Origin: Candidatus Saccharimonadota bacterium
GTDB taxonomy: Bacteria > Patescibacteriota > Saccharimonadia > Saccharimonadales > Saccharimonadaceae
Assembly (NCBI GenBank): GCA_028288995.1
Contig: JAQGHF010000004.1
Location: forward strand, 57,204-121,203
Direction of reading: 5' to 3'
Length of the DNA stretch: 64,000 bases
The notes below the pieces were generated by a model. It made no database searches. It was not told the DNA's origin and saw nothing but the letters and a program-made list of their open reading frames with translations. Positions 1 through 9,912 of the stretch are shown piece by piece; positions within the stretch are counted from its first letter, which is position 1; every line of letters begins with the position of its first letter. Position numbers and translations under genes: made by a program.

Positions 1-686
1 TCGTGGTGCCGAGTTGCACCAATCGTTCCTTGCATCGCCTCTGCAAACTGACCCGCAATATACAGACCAAGTCCACTACTTTGTGGTCGTGCGTGGATTG
101 CTTGTGGCGAGTGTTTCAGCTTCTTTTGCAAGGCACGCCACATATCACTCGATAGTGCCGGACCAAAGTCGCGAATACCAACACGGACCGTTCCTGCTTT
201 TGTAAGCGCTTGAATCTGCATATGCACCGCTGTGCCCGGCTGGCTATAATGCAGTGCATTGTCACTAAAATTCATAATGATACGACGTAATAAGTCACGA
301 TTCGCAACCAGCAACAAAGGATGGGTTCGATGACTCACTGCAAGTGATCGTCCATGGGCTTCAAATAGTGGTGCAAGCTCCGTAGCGATGTCCTGACAAA
401 GCTGTTCAGGATTAATTGGTTCCAGCTCAAACAATGCATCCTCTAAGCGTGCAGAGCGTGTTAAGTCACTCGTTAAACGGAGCGCGCGCTCACTCGTCAG
501 TGTAATCTGCTGAATAAGACGATGCTGCTCGTCTGATACGTCTCCTGAGTCAAGTCGAAGCGCCAATTGACGCATCAGCGCAAGGGGAGATTTTAGCTCA
601 TGTGCCGCCGCAGTCAGTGACGATACTTCATGAGTAGTAACGCCATCCGCACCCATACCAACACCGAGTCCCTCACTCTTTTTCAT
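1..686 (-). CDS. Histidine kinase (HisKA + HATPase), no sensor or TM domain; 3' end runs off the window
   Basis: Manual translation from ATG at 686: MKKSEG...AAHELKSPLALMRQL (H-box), NFSDNALHYS (N-box), IRDFGP (G1), SGLGLYIA (G2). Absent from the ORF track because it is truncated by the window edge. Confidence 0.85.
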   Translation of the reverse strand, partial: MKKSEGLGVGMGADGVTTHEVSSLTAAAHELKSPLALMRQLALRLDSGDVSDEQHRLIQQITLTSERALRLTSDLTRSARLEDALFELEPINPEQLCQDIATELAPLFEAHGRSLAVSHRTHPLLLVANRDLLRRIIMNFSDNALHYSQPGTAVHMQIQALTKAGTVRVGIRDFGPALSSDMWRALQKKLKHSPQAIHARPQSSGLGLYIAGQFAEAMQGTIGATRHH

Positions 687-750
687 ATTCTCAGTGTAGC
701 ATCCGCTCATACCCCATGACAAAGATGAGCACTATGAAGTATAGAGGAGA

Positions 751-1422
751 TTATAAGTTGAATTTGATAGAGGCAACGAGCGCATCGAAATCAGGCTTAA
801 ATGTGTCTGCGTCAGTACGGATAGTTACTGTTTTGTCACGGATCTTAAACAGCACTGCAGAGCCACGAATGTCTTTCGTAAAGTTGCCGTCCAGCCGAGT
901 ACTATCAACACCATTGATCTTTACGGTGCTTGATTTTAGGGCACCCGTTTTCACTAGTGAGGTGTAGGCACTAAGAACAGTGTCGTAATCTTTCGTCTCA
1001 ATCGATACACGAAGTGCATACTGTGTTGCGTCAAGGATTGGAGGAACAGAGACGGGGTTGAGATACGCCTGGAAGGTTCCCGACGCAGCATCCTTACTAA
1101 CATAGGTGCTCCACGTTTTAGGGTAGTCGAAGCTCAGTGACCCAAAGTCTTCTGGACCAGCAAATGTGCGATTTGGCTTCTTGTCCTCAGCTTCAAACGT
1201 TGCCGCATCTTTATCGGCTTGCGCTTTCACAGCAGTAGTGACAGCGGTTGAAACTTTTGTATCAACATTATTTTTTTGATCAAAGTAGTTTATAAGTGCC
1301 CATCCGAACGCAGCACCAAGCCCAACCGTCGTGATAATAAAAACGACACCAAGGATCAGCCATACATTTGTTGCGCCAGATTCCCCAGATTTTGTTATTC
1401 GTGCCCCAAGATTATGATTCAT
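751..1422 (-). CDS. Membrane-anchored exported protein, possibly PsbP/DUF1795-like fold
   Basis: N-terminal TM helix; SLSFDYPKTWS motif resembling PsbP-like proteins. Confidence 0.55.
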   Translation of the reverse strand: MNHNLGARITKSGESGATNVWLILGVVFIITTVGLGAAFGWALINYFDQKNNVDTKVSTAVTTAVKAQADKDAATFEAEDKKPNRTFAGPEDFGSLSFDYPKTWSTYVSKDAASGTFQAYLNPVSVPPILDATQYALRVSIETKDYDTVLSAYTSLVKTGALKSSTVKINGVDSTRLDGNFTKDIRGSAVLFKIRDKTVTIRTDADTFKPDFDALVASIKFNL

Positions 1423-1436
1423 ATCGCCATTATACC

Positions 1437-1967
1437 TTAAGCATTTTTTGGCTGTAAAGGTTGGAATATATAAAGGTGGTACGCCTCATATGTATCGACT
1501 GCTGTAATTCGCTTAAATGGACTTGCGTAACAGAGGAGTTTTAATGGTTTGTTCAGTCGGTTCGCCTCGCGTTGCAAGAGCGCAATTAACTTACCTTCGT
1601 CACGATTCACTGCAAAGGCGTACACAATTGTCGTTTCGTCGGGTAGTTTTGCAAGCCAAAGATTCTGCAGGATCACTTTCACACGCGGATCACGCCATGA
1701 GAGTAGTCTCGAGATACCTACTAATATTGGGTTAATTTCAAATCCAACAGCTTTCGCACCGTACCTAGAGGCAATGCGAAGAATAATACCGTCTCCACTA
1801 CCAACATCAACCAGTAGATCAGAGGAGTTAATGGCAAAATACTCAAATGCTCGTTTCACATCTTTCCGATGGCTTGGGACATACGGCGCGCCGAGGAACA
1901 CCACCAGTCCAAAGAATACGAAGATACAGACGATAATAAAGATGATTGCGGCGGACAGCGAAATCAT
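1437..1967 (-). CDS. Membrane-anchored class I SAM-dependent methyltransferase
   Basis: N-terminal TM, GAPYVPS, motif I LVDVGSGDG, GFEINP. Confidence 0.8.
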   Translation of the reverse strand: MISLSAAIIFIIVCIFVFFGLVVFLGAPYVPSHRKDVKRAFEYFAINSSDLLVDVGSGDGIILRIASRYGAKAVGFEINPILVGISRLLSWRDPRVKVILQNLWLAKLPDETTIVYAFAVNRDEGKLIALLQREANRLNKPLKLLCYASPFKRITAVDTYEAYHLYIFQPLQPKNA

Positions 1968-1975
1968 GTATTCCC

Positions 1976-2185
1976 CTATTCCTCGGCGTCGAATCGTTTC
2001 TTAACAATCTTGATATCGTTTTTGAGTTTCGTGAGATCTTTTTCGATTTCTTCCGCGAGTGCTTCTGCTTCTTTAAATTTATCGAGTGCTGTTTCGAGTT
2101 TAAATGATGCTCCTTGAAACCATCCGACTAATTCGGAAAGGTTAGTTAACTTATCCTGTACTGATTGGTTACTTTTGTCTGACAT
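1976..2185 (-). CDS. xseB: Exodeoxyribonuclease VII small subunit
   Basis: 69 aa, LETALDKFKEAEALAEEI pattern, directly downstream of xseA. Confidence 0.85.
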   Translation of the reverse strand: MSDKSNQSVQDKLTNLSELVGWFQGASFKLETALDKFKEAEALAEEIEKDLTKLKNDIKIVKKRFDAEE

Positions 2186-3260
2186 CTTGTACCTCCGCTG
2201 TAATAATATGTTTCACTGTTTCAATTTCGAGTATTGCGCCGATCCTCTGCTCGCCTCTCAGCAGCGCATAGCCTCGCTTCAACACATTCTCGGGGTTAAG
2301 CTGTGCAACAGCAACCCGTAGCACACCCAACTGCTCAAAGGTTGCATCAAGTTTTTCCTGCATACGCGAGAATGCCGCATTCAAATTTTCTTTCGTCTGC
2401 CGTGAGTAACTATCGATCGCCTGCGTCAAAAGATAGCCGACTGAACTCGCCTGCGCCCTGCTACTGCGAATAATTTCTTGGCGATCTGGCACGAGAATCT
2501 GCGCTGCATTCGTTGGCGTTGCCGCACGTACATCGGAAATCATATCAGCAAGTGTGTGATCAACCTCATGCCCTACACCCACGAGCGTTGGAATACGACT
2601 CTCAGCAATTGCCCTGACCAGCGGCTCGTCGTTAAAGGTCGACAAATCTTCAGCACTGCCGCCTCCACGAATAATGACCAGTACTTCGGGTAGTACCTCC
2701 AGGCTATTGAAGTACCGAATTGCCCGAATAATCTGATCAGGTGCAGGCATACCTTGTACCTGGGTATGTGCGACATCAACCTCTAGTCCACCCCACCTTT
2801 CGTTAATGATTTTGACAAAGTCCGCGTATGCCGCCGATTCAGTGCTGGTGATAACAGCAATATGCTTCGGGACGCGTGGCAGTTGTCGTTTTCGTTCTTC
2901 AGCAAACAAGCCCTCTTTTTCAAGCTTCGCTTTCAACAGCTCAAAGCCTTTTTTGATTGAACCCTCACCCACCGGTTTTACGGCACGGATATTAAGATTG
3001 AAATATCCTTTCACATTGAGGCGTGGCGCCGCGACAACCACCACTCGCATCCCATCCTCAAGCGGCACACGCATCTGTGACAGCGCTGTAAAACAGTTCA
3101 CGATTGCACCGTCGTCTTTTAGCTTAAAACTCACCCATTTGCCCTGGGCAATGCGGAATTCAGCCACCTCTCCCTCTACTTGAACGGTCGGATAGGCATA
3201 TTCAAGTGTCTGATTGATGACCGCAACAAATTCGCTGACGCTAAGAAGAACGTTTTCCAT
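2169..3260 (-). CDS. xseA: Exodeoxyribonuclease VII large subunit
   Basis: OB-fold VEGEV, IAVITSTESAAYADF, RGGGSAEDLSTFNDE, GVGHEVD, AATPTNAA. Confidence 0.95.
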   Translation of the reverse strand: MENVLLSVSEFVAVINQTLEYAYPTVQVEGEVAEFRIAQGKWVSFKLKDDGAIVNCFTALSQMRVPLEDGMRVVVVAAPRLNVKGYFNLNIRAVKPVGEGSIKKGFELLKAKLEKEGLFAEERKRQLPRVPKHIAVITSTESAAYADFVKIINERWGGLEVDVAHTQVQGMPAPDQIIRAIRYFNSLEVLPEVLVIIRGGGSAEDLSTFNDEPLVRAIAESRIPTLVGVGHEVDHTLADMISDVRAATPTNAAQILVPDRQEIIRSSRAQASSVGYLLTQAIDSYSRQTKENLNAAFSRMQEKLDATFEQLGVLRVAVAQLNPENVLKRGYALLRGEQRIGAILEIETVKHIITAEVQDVRQK

Positions 3261-4296
3261 ATTTCAATACCGTAAATTGATAAAATACATACCCGAACAG
3301 AATCGTTCCAAGCACCAAAGTCACGCGTGCAAGCAGTGTTCCGGCGATGGCAACATCGGGTGGCACGTTACTTGAAGCAAGGAACGCAATCATAATTGCT
3401 TCGTAGATACCGGCACCACCAGGTGTGACCGAAATAGCGCTGGCAAGTGATGAAACACCGAATGCGACGAACAAAATCGCAGGACTGACTTCGTACCCTA
3501 GTGACCAAAATGCAATCCAAATCAGCGCAACATCAGCAAGGTTCGTAAAGATCGCCCAGACAAATGGCTTGATAAGGATGCGGGCATCTTTTCGGATCGA
3601 GAGATAATCTTGATGTAATTCGCCAAAGAAGTTCGGAAGTACATCACCCTTCAATACATGAGGTTTTTTGCCACGTGTCAGTTTACTCACTGTGCGATTC
3701 GCAAAACGCGTCAACGAATGTGAAACATTATTTAACCGTCGATTATTTCCAATAATGAAAATTGTCGCAAAAATAACACCAATACAGACAGCAACGATAA
3801 GACTCGCAAGAAAGATAATAAGGCGATTAATACGACCATCGGCGGCGAGGAATATCACCGCGAAAATAAGAATCATCACAAAAGCGACGAATGTCAGTGT
3901 AAAGCGAATCAGCTGCGAAATCGTCGAACGACTTGGCTTTACGCCGTACTTTCCGAGCACCCATCCTAAGTACGAAAAGCCTGCCGCACCCCCGCTGGGC
4001 AAAATGTGATTCACAAAATTAAGTTCGAGTGCGAAACGGGCAATGCGCCAACGCGAAACATCTTTCAATTCACCTTTTGAACGAAGATAGCTAAATATCA
4101 TACCGCCCGTTGCGTAGTAGCTAAATAATTGGACAGGCACAAGCAGTGCCAAAATTCGTAGGTCAACGTGATCAAGCAGCCGCCATGCTTTCATAATCTC
4201 TGGCCATGCAAAAATAACAACCACCGCTAAAAGCACGAGCGTTACAAGCGTCAACCATCCACGAAAAGATAACTTTAAAGACATCCCTTTTCCCAT
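3241..4296 (-). CDS. Lysylphosphatidylglycerol synthase TM / flippase-like membrane protein (UPF0104)
   Basis: Polytopic; NHILPSGGAAG and TPGGAGIYEA motifs. Start moved to ATG 4296, which has TATAAT 7 nt upstream. Confidence 0.8.
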   Translation of the reverse strand: MGKGMSLKLSFRGWLTLVTLVLLAVVVIFAWPEIMKAWRLLDHVDLRILALLVPVQLFSYYATGGMIFSYLRSKGELKDVSRWRIARFALELNFVNHILPSGGAAGFSYLGWVLGKYGVKPSRSTISQLIRFTLTFVAFVMILIFAVIFLAADGRINRLIIFLASLIVAVCIGVIFATIFIIGNNRRLNNVSHSLTRFANRTVSKLTRGKKPHVLKGDVLPNFFGELHQDYLSIRKDARILIKPFVWAIFTNLADVALIWIAFWSLGYEVSPAILFVAFGVSSLASAISVTPGGAGIYEAIMIAFLASSNVPPDVAIAGTLLARVTLVLGTILFGYVFYQFTVLKYGKRSS

Positions 4297-4343
4297 ACGG
4301 ATCATTATATAGCATCAGGTGTCGTATCAGGTATACTAAAGCT

Positions 4344-5522
4344 ATGCACATCGCCATCTTAGGTCGCCAGCCAGCCATCTCGATCGCCGAACTCGAACGA
4401 GTATACGGCGACGTTAGTTGGTTTTCTGAAATAAGCGCACTCGTTAATGCCGATTATATCGATATCACACGACTTGGTGGCAGCCAAAAAGCTGGTACCG
4501 TTGTTCTGCAAGTTCCTGGTCGCGATTGGCGAACAGCATCGATGAAAATCGTTCAGCACTACTCCGGGGCTTGGGCTCATAAAGAGGGCAAAATCACTCT
4601 TGGTATCAGTGCCTACGGATTTAATGAAGGTCCACGCGATATTCAAAAAACAGGTCTTGTCCTAAAAAGTAAACTAAAGTCGACTGGCACGAGCCTGCGC
4701 TTGATCCCAAACCAAGAATCTGTTCTTTCGACCGCAACGTCGCATCACAATAAACTTGGACTATCTGACAACAAAGTGGAACTTATCGTCGTGAAGGGTC
4801 AATCTGGCATCATCATTGCTGAAAGTACCGGTGCCCAAAACATTACCGCCCTCGCCGCTCGTGACCAAGGTCGTCCAAAACGCGATGCCTTCGTGGGTAT
4901 GCTTCCGCCAAAGCTTGCACAGATCATGATTAATCTTGCAGGACCACTCACTGCCGATCCAGACGCCGAACTTAAGCAGCCGCGTATCCTCGATCCATTC
5001 TGTGGCACCGGCGTTATTCTGCAAGAAGCCGGTCTGATGCGTTACGCTGTCTACGGCACTGACCTTGTAGAAAAAATGATCGACTTCTCTAGGACTAACC
5101 TCAAGTGGATTCAAGAAAAAGATAACCTCGACCTAAACGTTACACTACAGGTTGGTGACGCGATGACAACAACATGGGATATGCCTATCGACGCCGTTAT
5201 TGCCGAAGGCTACCTTGGACAACCGTTTAGTGCACCGCCATCGAACTCAAAACTTGTCGAAGTTCGTGGCAACACCAATCATATCCTTTCAGAGTTCTTA
5301 AAAAACCTGGCCAACCAAATTAAACCTGGCACGCCAGTCGTGCTTGCCGTTCCAGCTTGGAAAGATATCGACGGTCGCTTCACTCACCTGCCACTCATCA
5401 CAAAAGTTGACGAACTCGGCTACGAATACATCCAAATGCGCAACGTTCGCCCCGACCAACTACTTTATTTCCGCCCCGACCAAATCGTCGCCCGCGAAAT
5501 TCTTGTTCTCGTCAAGAAATAA
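4344..5522 (+). CDS. Trm11-like SAM-dependent (probably RNA) methyltransferase
   Basis: GMLPPKLAQIMINLA, ILDPFCGTGVILQEA, GTDL...M, EGYLG. Confidence 0.8.
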   Translation: MHIAILGRQPAISIAELERVYGDVSWFSEISALVNADYIDITRLGGSQKAGTVVLQVPGRDWRTASMKIVQHYSGAWAHKEGKITLGISAYGFNEGPRDIQKTGLVLKSKLKSTGTSLRLIPNQESVLSTATSHHNKLGLSDNKVELIVVKGQSGIIIAESTGAQNITALAARDQGRPKRDAFVGMLPPKLAQIMINLAGPLTADPDAELKQPRILDPFCGTGVILQEAGLMRYAVYGTDLVEKMIDFSRTNLKWIQEKDNLDLNVTLQVGDAMTTTWDMPIDAVIAEGYLGQPFSAPPSNSKLVEVRGNTNHILSEFLKNLANQIKPGTPVVLAVPAWKDIDGRFTHLPLITKVDELGYEYIQMRNVRPDQLLYFRPDQIVAREILVLVKK

Positions 5523-5589
5523 ACAGCTACAATTCAGTTAAGTATTACTACATCATATTTTTTGCTAGAGGTATATACTATAGTCCAGT

Positions 5590-6762
5590 ATGTTCAAGCC
5601 ATCACCGGAGTTTCAGAAACGCCTCGATAAAGACCGGGCGACCGACGAAATTGAAGCCAAAGCTATAAAGCACGAACAACGCCGCATGCGCACCTTAAAA
5701 GGTATCAGCAGCACGGCAATCTTCTTTACCTTTGCCAGCGTTCCGGTCGCTGAATACGCCGCGGATGTCCGTCACAACCAAGAGCTACAAGCAAACTCTA
5801 TTATTACCGTTGAAAAGTATGCCGATGCCCTACACCCCGAAAATCGCACACACGGAATCCTTAACATTGACGGATTCGGTTCTGAAAATGCAAATGTGCT
5901 CACCAAATACTTTGATCAAGCGATTCACAACGTTGAAGACGGTGTCGAATTAACCGTAGGCTACAATGATGCACCGCTAAAATACGAAAATATTGCCGAT
6001 AAAGCCATCGAGTTAGCGAATGAAGAAGGAATCACCTCCCTCTCGATTGTCGGCGAAAGTGGCGGTGGTCCGATCGCAATGGAAGTGCAAGAACGCATTC
6101 GAGAGAAGTCGAGCATCGCGGTCACCGCTATCTATCTCTTGTTTGCACCAAATGGCATCGGTGGGCTTCGCCAAGACCATCAAGATCAAATGAACTTTAT
6201 CGATGACGCGAAAGGCTTCCCTGGCATTACCTATTCCACGCCTATTCGCCTTGGTGCGGAAGTAGCTTTTCGATCTGGTGATTATACTGGGGGAACGTTT
6301 AGTCAAAATACAAACAACTTCTTCACGACTGTCCATGACGTCAGTAACTCGATTTCAGAACAGAAACTCCCAGGTACCTGGCTTATGGTCGACCAAGCGC
6401 TACAAATTGCAAATGCAGATCTCAAGACTCGCTTTGAGAATATGAAGAAAGCCCCTGCTTACGAAATGCGACCGACAATCGTATACATTGGTACTGATAA
6501 TGACCCTGTGGTTAATAACAAAAAATCTTCGGGTGAGATTAGTGACTATGCCAATGCTGCTCATATTCCCTATTTTTATCTCAATGTCTCTGGAGTCGTT
6601 CATGGACAACCACAATTCAATAACGATGCATATATAAAAGCTTTAGGTGGCGCAAAAACAGAAATCCAGGACAGTATTCATGCAGAGCAAGCCCGCGCCA
6701 GCCTTCACCGCATCACAAGCATAGCTCGCCCATACAATTCTGCCCAGACACCTCAAGGCTAA
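5590..6762 (+). CDS. Membrane-anchored protein, putative alpha/beta-hydrolase fold
   Basis: One N-terminal hydrophobic segment; GESGGG elbow; later DNDPVV and VVHGQ could supply Asp/His. Confidence 0.45.
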   Translation: MFKPSPEFQKRLDKDRATDEIEAKAIKHEQRRMRTLKGISSTAIFFTFASVPVAEYAADVRHNQELQANSIITVEKYADALHPENRTHGILNIDGFGSENANVLTKYFDQAIHNVEDGVELTVGYNDAPLKYENIADKAIELANEEGITSLSIVGESGGGPIAMEVQERIREKSSIAVTAIYLLFAPNGIGGLRQDHQDQMNFIDDAKGFPGITYSTPIRLGAEVAFRSGDYTGGTFSQNTNNFFTTVHDVSNSISEQKLPGTWLMVDQALQIANADLKTRFENMKKAPAYEMRPTIVYIGTDNDPVVNNKKSSGEISDYANAAHIPYFYLNVSGVVHGQPQFNNDAYIKALGGAKTEIQDSIHAEQARASLHRITSIARPYNSAQTPQG

Positions 6763-6823
6763 AAACTAAGACCGAGCGAGCCTGCGCATCAATCATTAAC
6801 TTTTTATTACCCCCCGTCACCTC

Positions 6824-6852
6824 TTGACTATTCCCCCATTTTCGAGTAAACT
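6824..6852 (+). promoter_or_regulatory. Sigma70-type promoter of rpmA
   Basis: TTGACT-17 nt-TAAACT. Confidence 0.7.
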
Positions 6853-6905
6853 AAATCAGATTGAATGAGTAGCGCGAACAGCACTGCCATAAGGAGAAAT
6901 AATAT

Positions 6906-7178
6906 ATGTCACACGTAAAAGCTGGTGGTTCAAGTAAAAATAACCGCAACAATGCCGGACAACGTCTTGGTGTGAAACGCTTTGGTGGCCAAACAGTAAA
7001 CACTGGTGAAGTACTTATTCGCCAGACTGGTAGCACTAAAGTTGCAGGACCTGGTACTTTTATCAGCCGTAACTTCACTATCCACGCTGCAAAAGACGGT
7101 ATTGTTACCTTCTCTAAAATTAAAAAGACTCGTTTCACAGGTAAAACTGCACAGCGAACTCAAGTTAGCGTTATCTAA
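6906..7178 (+). CDS. rpmA: 50S ribosomal protein L27
   Basis: SHVKAGGSSKNNRNNAGQRLGVKRFGGQ; SD AAGGAG. Confidence 0.97.
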   Translation: MSHVKAGGSSKNNRNNAGQRLGVKRFGGQTVNTGEVLIRQTGSTKVAGPGTFISRNFTIHAAKDGIVTFSKIKKTRFTGKTAQRTQVSVI

Positions 7179-7190
7179 TAACTCTCCTCT

Positions 7191-7228
7191 TATAAAATAA
7201 CCTCTCATTTCTGGGAGGTTATTTTATA
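7191..7228. terminator. Bidirectional intrinsic terminator between convergent genes
   Basis: TATAAAATAACCTC / GAGGTTATTTTATA inverted repeat. Confidence 0.75.
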
Positions 7229-7243
7229 TTCATAGCTCGAGAA

Positions 7244-8056
7244 CTACCCCTTTGTTTGATCTATCCGTTTGCGAAGGTCAAGATAAGTATTAGCAGCGGC
7301 CGTATATTCTCTTAGAAAACCTTGGTCAAAGCCATATGTAAGCTTTTTAAGCGCAGAGTCTCGTTCAGCATAGTTAATTGAGATTGCATACTGCCATGCA
7401 GCTGCGCGATCTTTATCAGACGATATTGAATCCTTTAACTCATTAAACTTGGCTTCAGCGACCTGAAACTGAGTCTCTAGGTCATTCGAAGGTGTAGCCT
7501 CTGGTGCAGGTTTGCCAGTTATCATCCCACCAGGGTTCGGAAGAGTTGGAATCTCTTGATCAACGATACGACGTGCAGCTTCACGCATGGCTTTAATCTC
7601 ATAAGAAGTGTATTTCCTGTCGATTTCCGATGGATCTTCAAGGCCTAAAACGTCTTCGATAGCCTCATCGGCGATGTCTTCCTGTGCGTCAGTGAGGAGC
7701 GCACTCTTAACCTCGGGTGCAATAGGAGCACTTTCTGGCTTTTTAACCGCAAACTCCGGAACCTTCATATATCCCTGTGTATCAGTATCCCAACCAGCTT
7801 TTTCGGCCGACTGTCGGTTTGGAGAAATAAGGTTCACTTTTTCACCCTGTTCATTGTAGAAGTAACCCTCAACAATGCCACGAAGCGCCTCACCTTCTAC
7901 TTGTTGGAAACTGACACTTTTTACCGCATCCTCAGTTCTGAACATGATAGGATCCTCCGCAGTTGGACGATTTTTATCCCACTTATTATTAAGCGCTTCC
8001 TCTGAGTATGGGTTTGGCTGCGGTTCCTGTGATGATGGTAAAGATTGTTCGCTCAT
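7244..8056 (-). CDS. Hypothetical acidic soluble protein
   Basis: 270-aa ORF filling the gap; no recognisable motif. Confidence 0.6.
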   Translation of the reverse strand: MSEQSLPSSQEPQPNPYSEEALNNKWDKNRPTAEDPIMFRTEDAVKSVSFQQVEGEALRGIVEGYFYNEQGEKVNLISPNRQSAEKAGWDTDTQGYMKVPEFAVKKPESAPIAPEVKSALLTDAQEDIADEAIEDVLGLEDPSEIDRKYTSYEIKAMREAARRIVDQEIPTLPNPGGMITGKPAPEATPSNDLETQFQVAEAKFNELKDSISSDKDRAAAWQYAISINYAERDSALKKLTYGFDQGFLREYTAAANTYLDLRKRIDQTKG

Positions 8057-8085
8057 GTTTGTTTTTTAAATCGCCTATTTTATTA

Positions 8086-8484
8086 TTACTCTTGTGGTTT
8101 TTCAGCCAACATCCCAAGATGGAACTTGACGCGCTCGATGACGTCGCCAATAACAACTTGCGACTTTACAAGATAATCGTTCACACCAAGCGCTTCAGCA
8201 CGTTCTTTATCCTTTGGCTGGCTGAGTGCGGTCAACATAATGACACGAACCTGTGCGGTCTCTGGAGTGTTACGAAGGATATCAAGGACGTCAAATCCAC
8301 TGATCTTTGGCATCATTGCATCCAGAAGGATCAGATCAGGTTTGAATTCGATAGCGGCAGACAAAGCGTCTTCACCGTTATACACGCCCTTCGTGTCAAA
8401 GCCTTCAATCTCGAGACGAGATTTATAAACCGAGGCCAGTGCTTCATCGTCTTCAACGAGTAGGATTTTTTTCTTGGCGTCCAT
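8086..8484 (-). CDS. Single-domain response regulator (receiver only)
   Basis: ILLVEDD, PDLILLDAMMP (phospho-Asp), MLTA, DYLVK. Confidence 0.93.
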   Translation of the reverse strand: MDAKKKILLVEDDEALASVYKSRLEIEGFDTKGVYNGEDALSAAIEFKPDLILLDAMMPKISGFDVLDILRNTPETAQVRVIMLTALSQPKDKERAEALGVNDYLVKSQVVIGDVIERVKFHLGMLAEKPQE

Positions 8485-8547
8485 ATTGCTTCAATTGTAC
8501 TACAGTGGCGAAGAAAAGCACAAGCTGTGTGCTTTACCTGCTCGCCT

Positions 8548-9777
8548 CTACTGTAGCAGCGCCTTTGCTGCATCAAGTTGAGGATCACGTCCGGCATTGA
8601 TATCGTCAGTTGAGATCGAGACCGCTTTATCTGGTGCAATGCCTTCTTTTGAGATGTTCTTGCCGTTTGGTGTGTACCATTTCGCAATTGTCACCTTCAG
8701 CTGTGCGCTATCTGGAAGCCCGATAAGTTTTTGGACACTTCCCTTACCAAACGTCTTCTCACCGACAAGTTTTGCCGTACCGTAATCTTGCAATGCGCCG
8801 GCGGTGATTTCACTTGCGCTTGCGCTGCTGGCGTTCACCAGAACAACCGTTGGGAGTCCAGCCAGGATTGGATCTGTGCCTGATTTTAGTTCGTCGACAA
8901 CTTTACCGTTGGTTTTTTCAGTCACGACAGTCTTATTGTTTTCCCATAGACCAACAACGTCCTGTGCGGCCGTCAGATAACCGCCACCGTTGCCACGAAG
9001 GTCAAGGATGACTGACTTTACGTTCTGACTCTTGAAGCTCGCTGCAGCTGACCGTGCGAGCTGACCAGTCTGGTCATCAAATCGAGAGATGGTCATAATA
9101 CCAATACCGCCAGACACAGTACTATAGACGCTTGGATTCGTTACTTCTGCACGGGTAATGGTAAAGTCTTTCGTTTCGGTGCCACGTGTCACCGTAATCT
9201 TCACAGTTGTACCAGCATCGCCACGGATCTTCGATACAATAGAGTCAATAGCATCTGTTGAAGCAACCGTGGTGTCGTTAATCTTTGCGATCACGTCACC
9301 AACAGCCATACCGGCTTTTTCAGCTGGATTATCGGCCAGTACTCGAATCACTGTAATCTGATTGTTGCGAAGGCTGAGTTCTACACCGATACCGCCGCCG
9401 ATAGTACCCGTCAGATCCTTATTAAAGTCACTTGCCTCTTTTGCGTTGAAATAGAGCGTATACGGATCACCGAGTGAATTAACCATCCCCTTGTTTGCCG
9501 CTTCAATCAGTGCTTTATCATCAATCGTGCCATCATAGTTCGCTTTAAGCGCCTGGTACGTCGCCTGAAGGCTTGATGTATCGAGTGTGCCAGCATACGC
9601 CTTGATACCAAACGCAGGTGCGATGGTGCTTATAATCTGGTTGTTGAATGTTCCGGTGATGTAGCCAAGTCCCAGGATAAAGATAAGTCCAATAGCAAGA
9701 ATTGATCCTGGAATACGGCGTGCATTTGTTTCTCGTACTTTTCGGACACGTCGTGGTATTAGTGAATGCTCGGCCAT
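8548..9777 (-). CDS. S41 C-terminal processing protease (CtpA-like) with PDZ domain
   Basis: DPYT, GIGV PDZ, LDLRGNGGG, SASASEI, TFGKGSVQ. Confidence 0.93.
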   Translation of the reverse strand: MAEHSLIPRRVRKVRETNARRIPGSILAIGLIFILGLGYITGTFNNQIISTIAPAFGIKAYAGTLDTSSLQATYQALKANYDGTIDDKALIEAANKGMVNSLGDPYTLYFNAKEASDFNKDLTGTIGGGIGVELSLRNNQITVIRVLADNPAEKAGMAVGDVIAKINDTTVASTDAIDSIVSKIRGDAGTTVKITVTRGTETKDFTITRAEVTNPSVYSTVSGGIGIMTISRFDDQTGQLARSAAASFKSQNVKSVILDLRGNGGGYLTAAQDVVGLWENNKTVVTEKTNGKVVDELKSGTDPILAGLPTVVLVNASSASASEITAGALQDYGTAKLVGEKTFGKGSVQKLIGLPDSAQLKVTIAKWYTPNGKNISKEGIAPDKAVSISTDDINAGRDPQLDAAKALLQ

Positions 9778-9912
9778 GTGTTTTATGTAACTCCCAAGAT
9801 TGATTTTCGTGATTGATATTCGTAGCTAAAAAAGATACGTTGCTTCCTACAATTATAGCGTATCTGGCTAAGAGTACGCTATAAAAGTTATGGTTTGCTT
9901 AAGAGATTATTA

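Noticed and set aside
6853-6905. Structured ribosomal leader upstream of rpmA
   Set aside because: Short leader with no convincing helix; cannot be supported without a covariance model.
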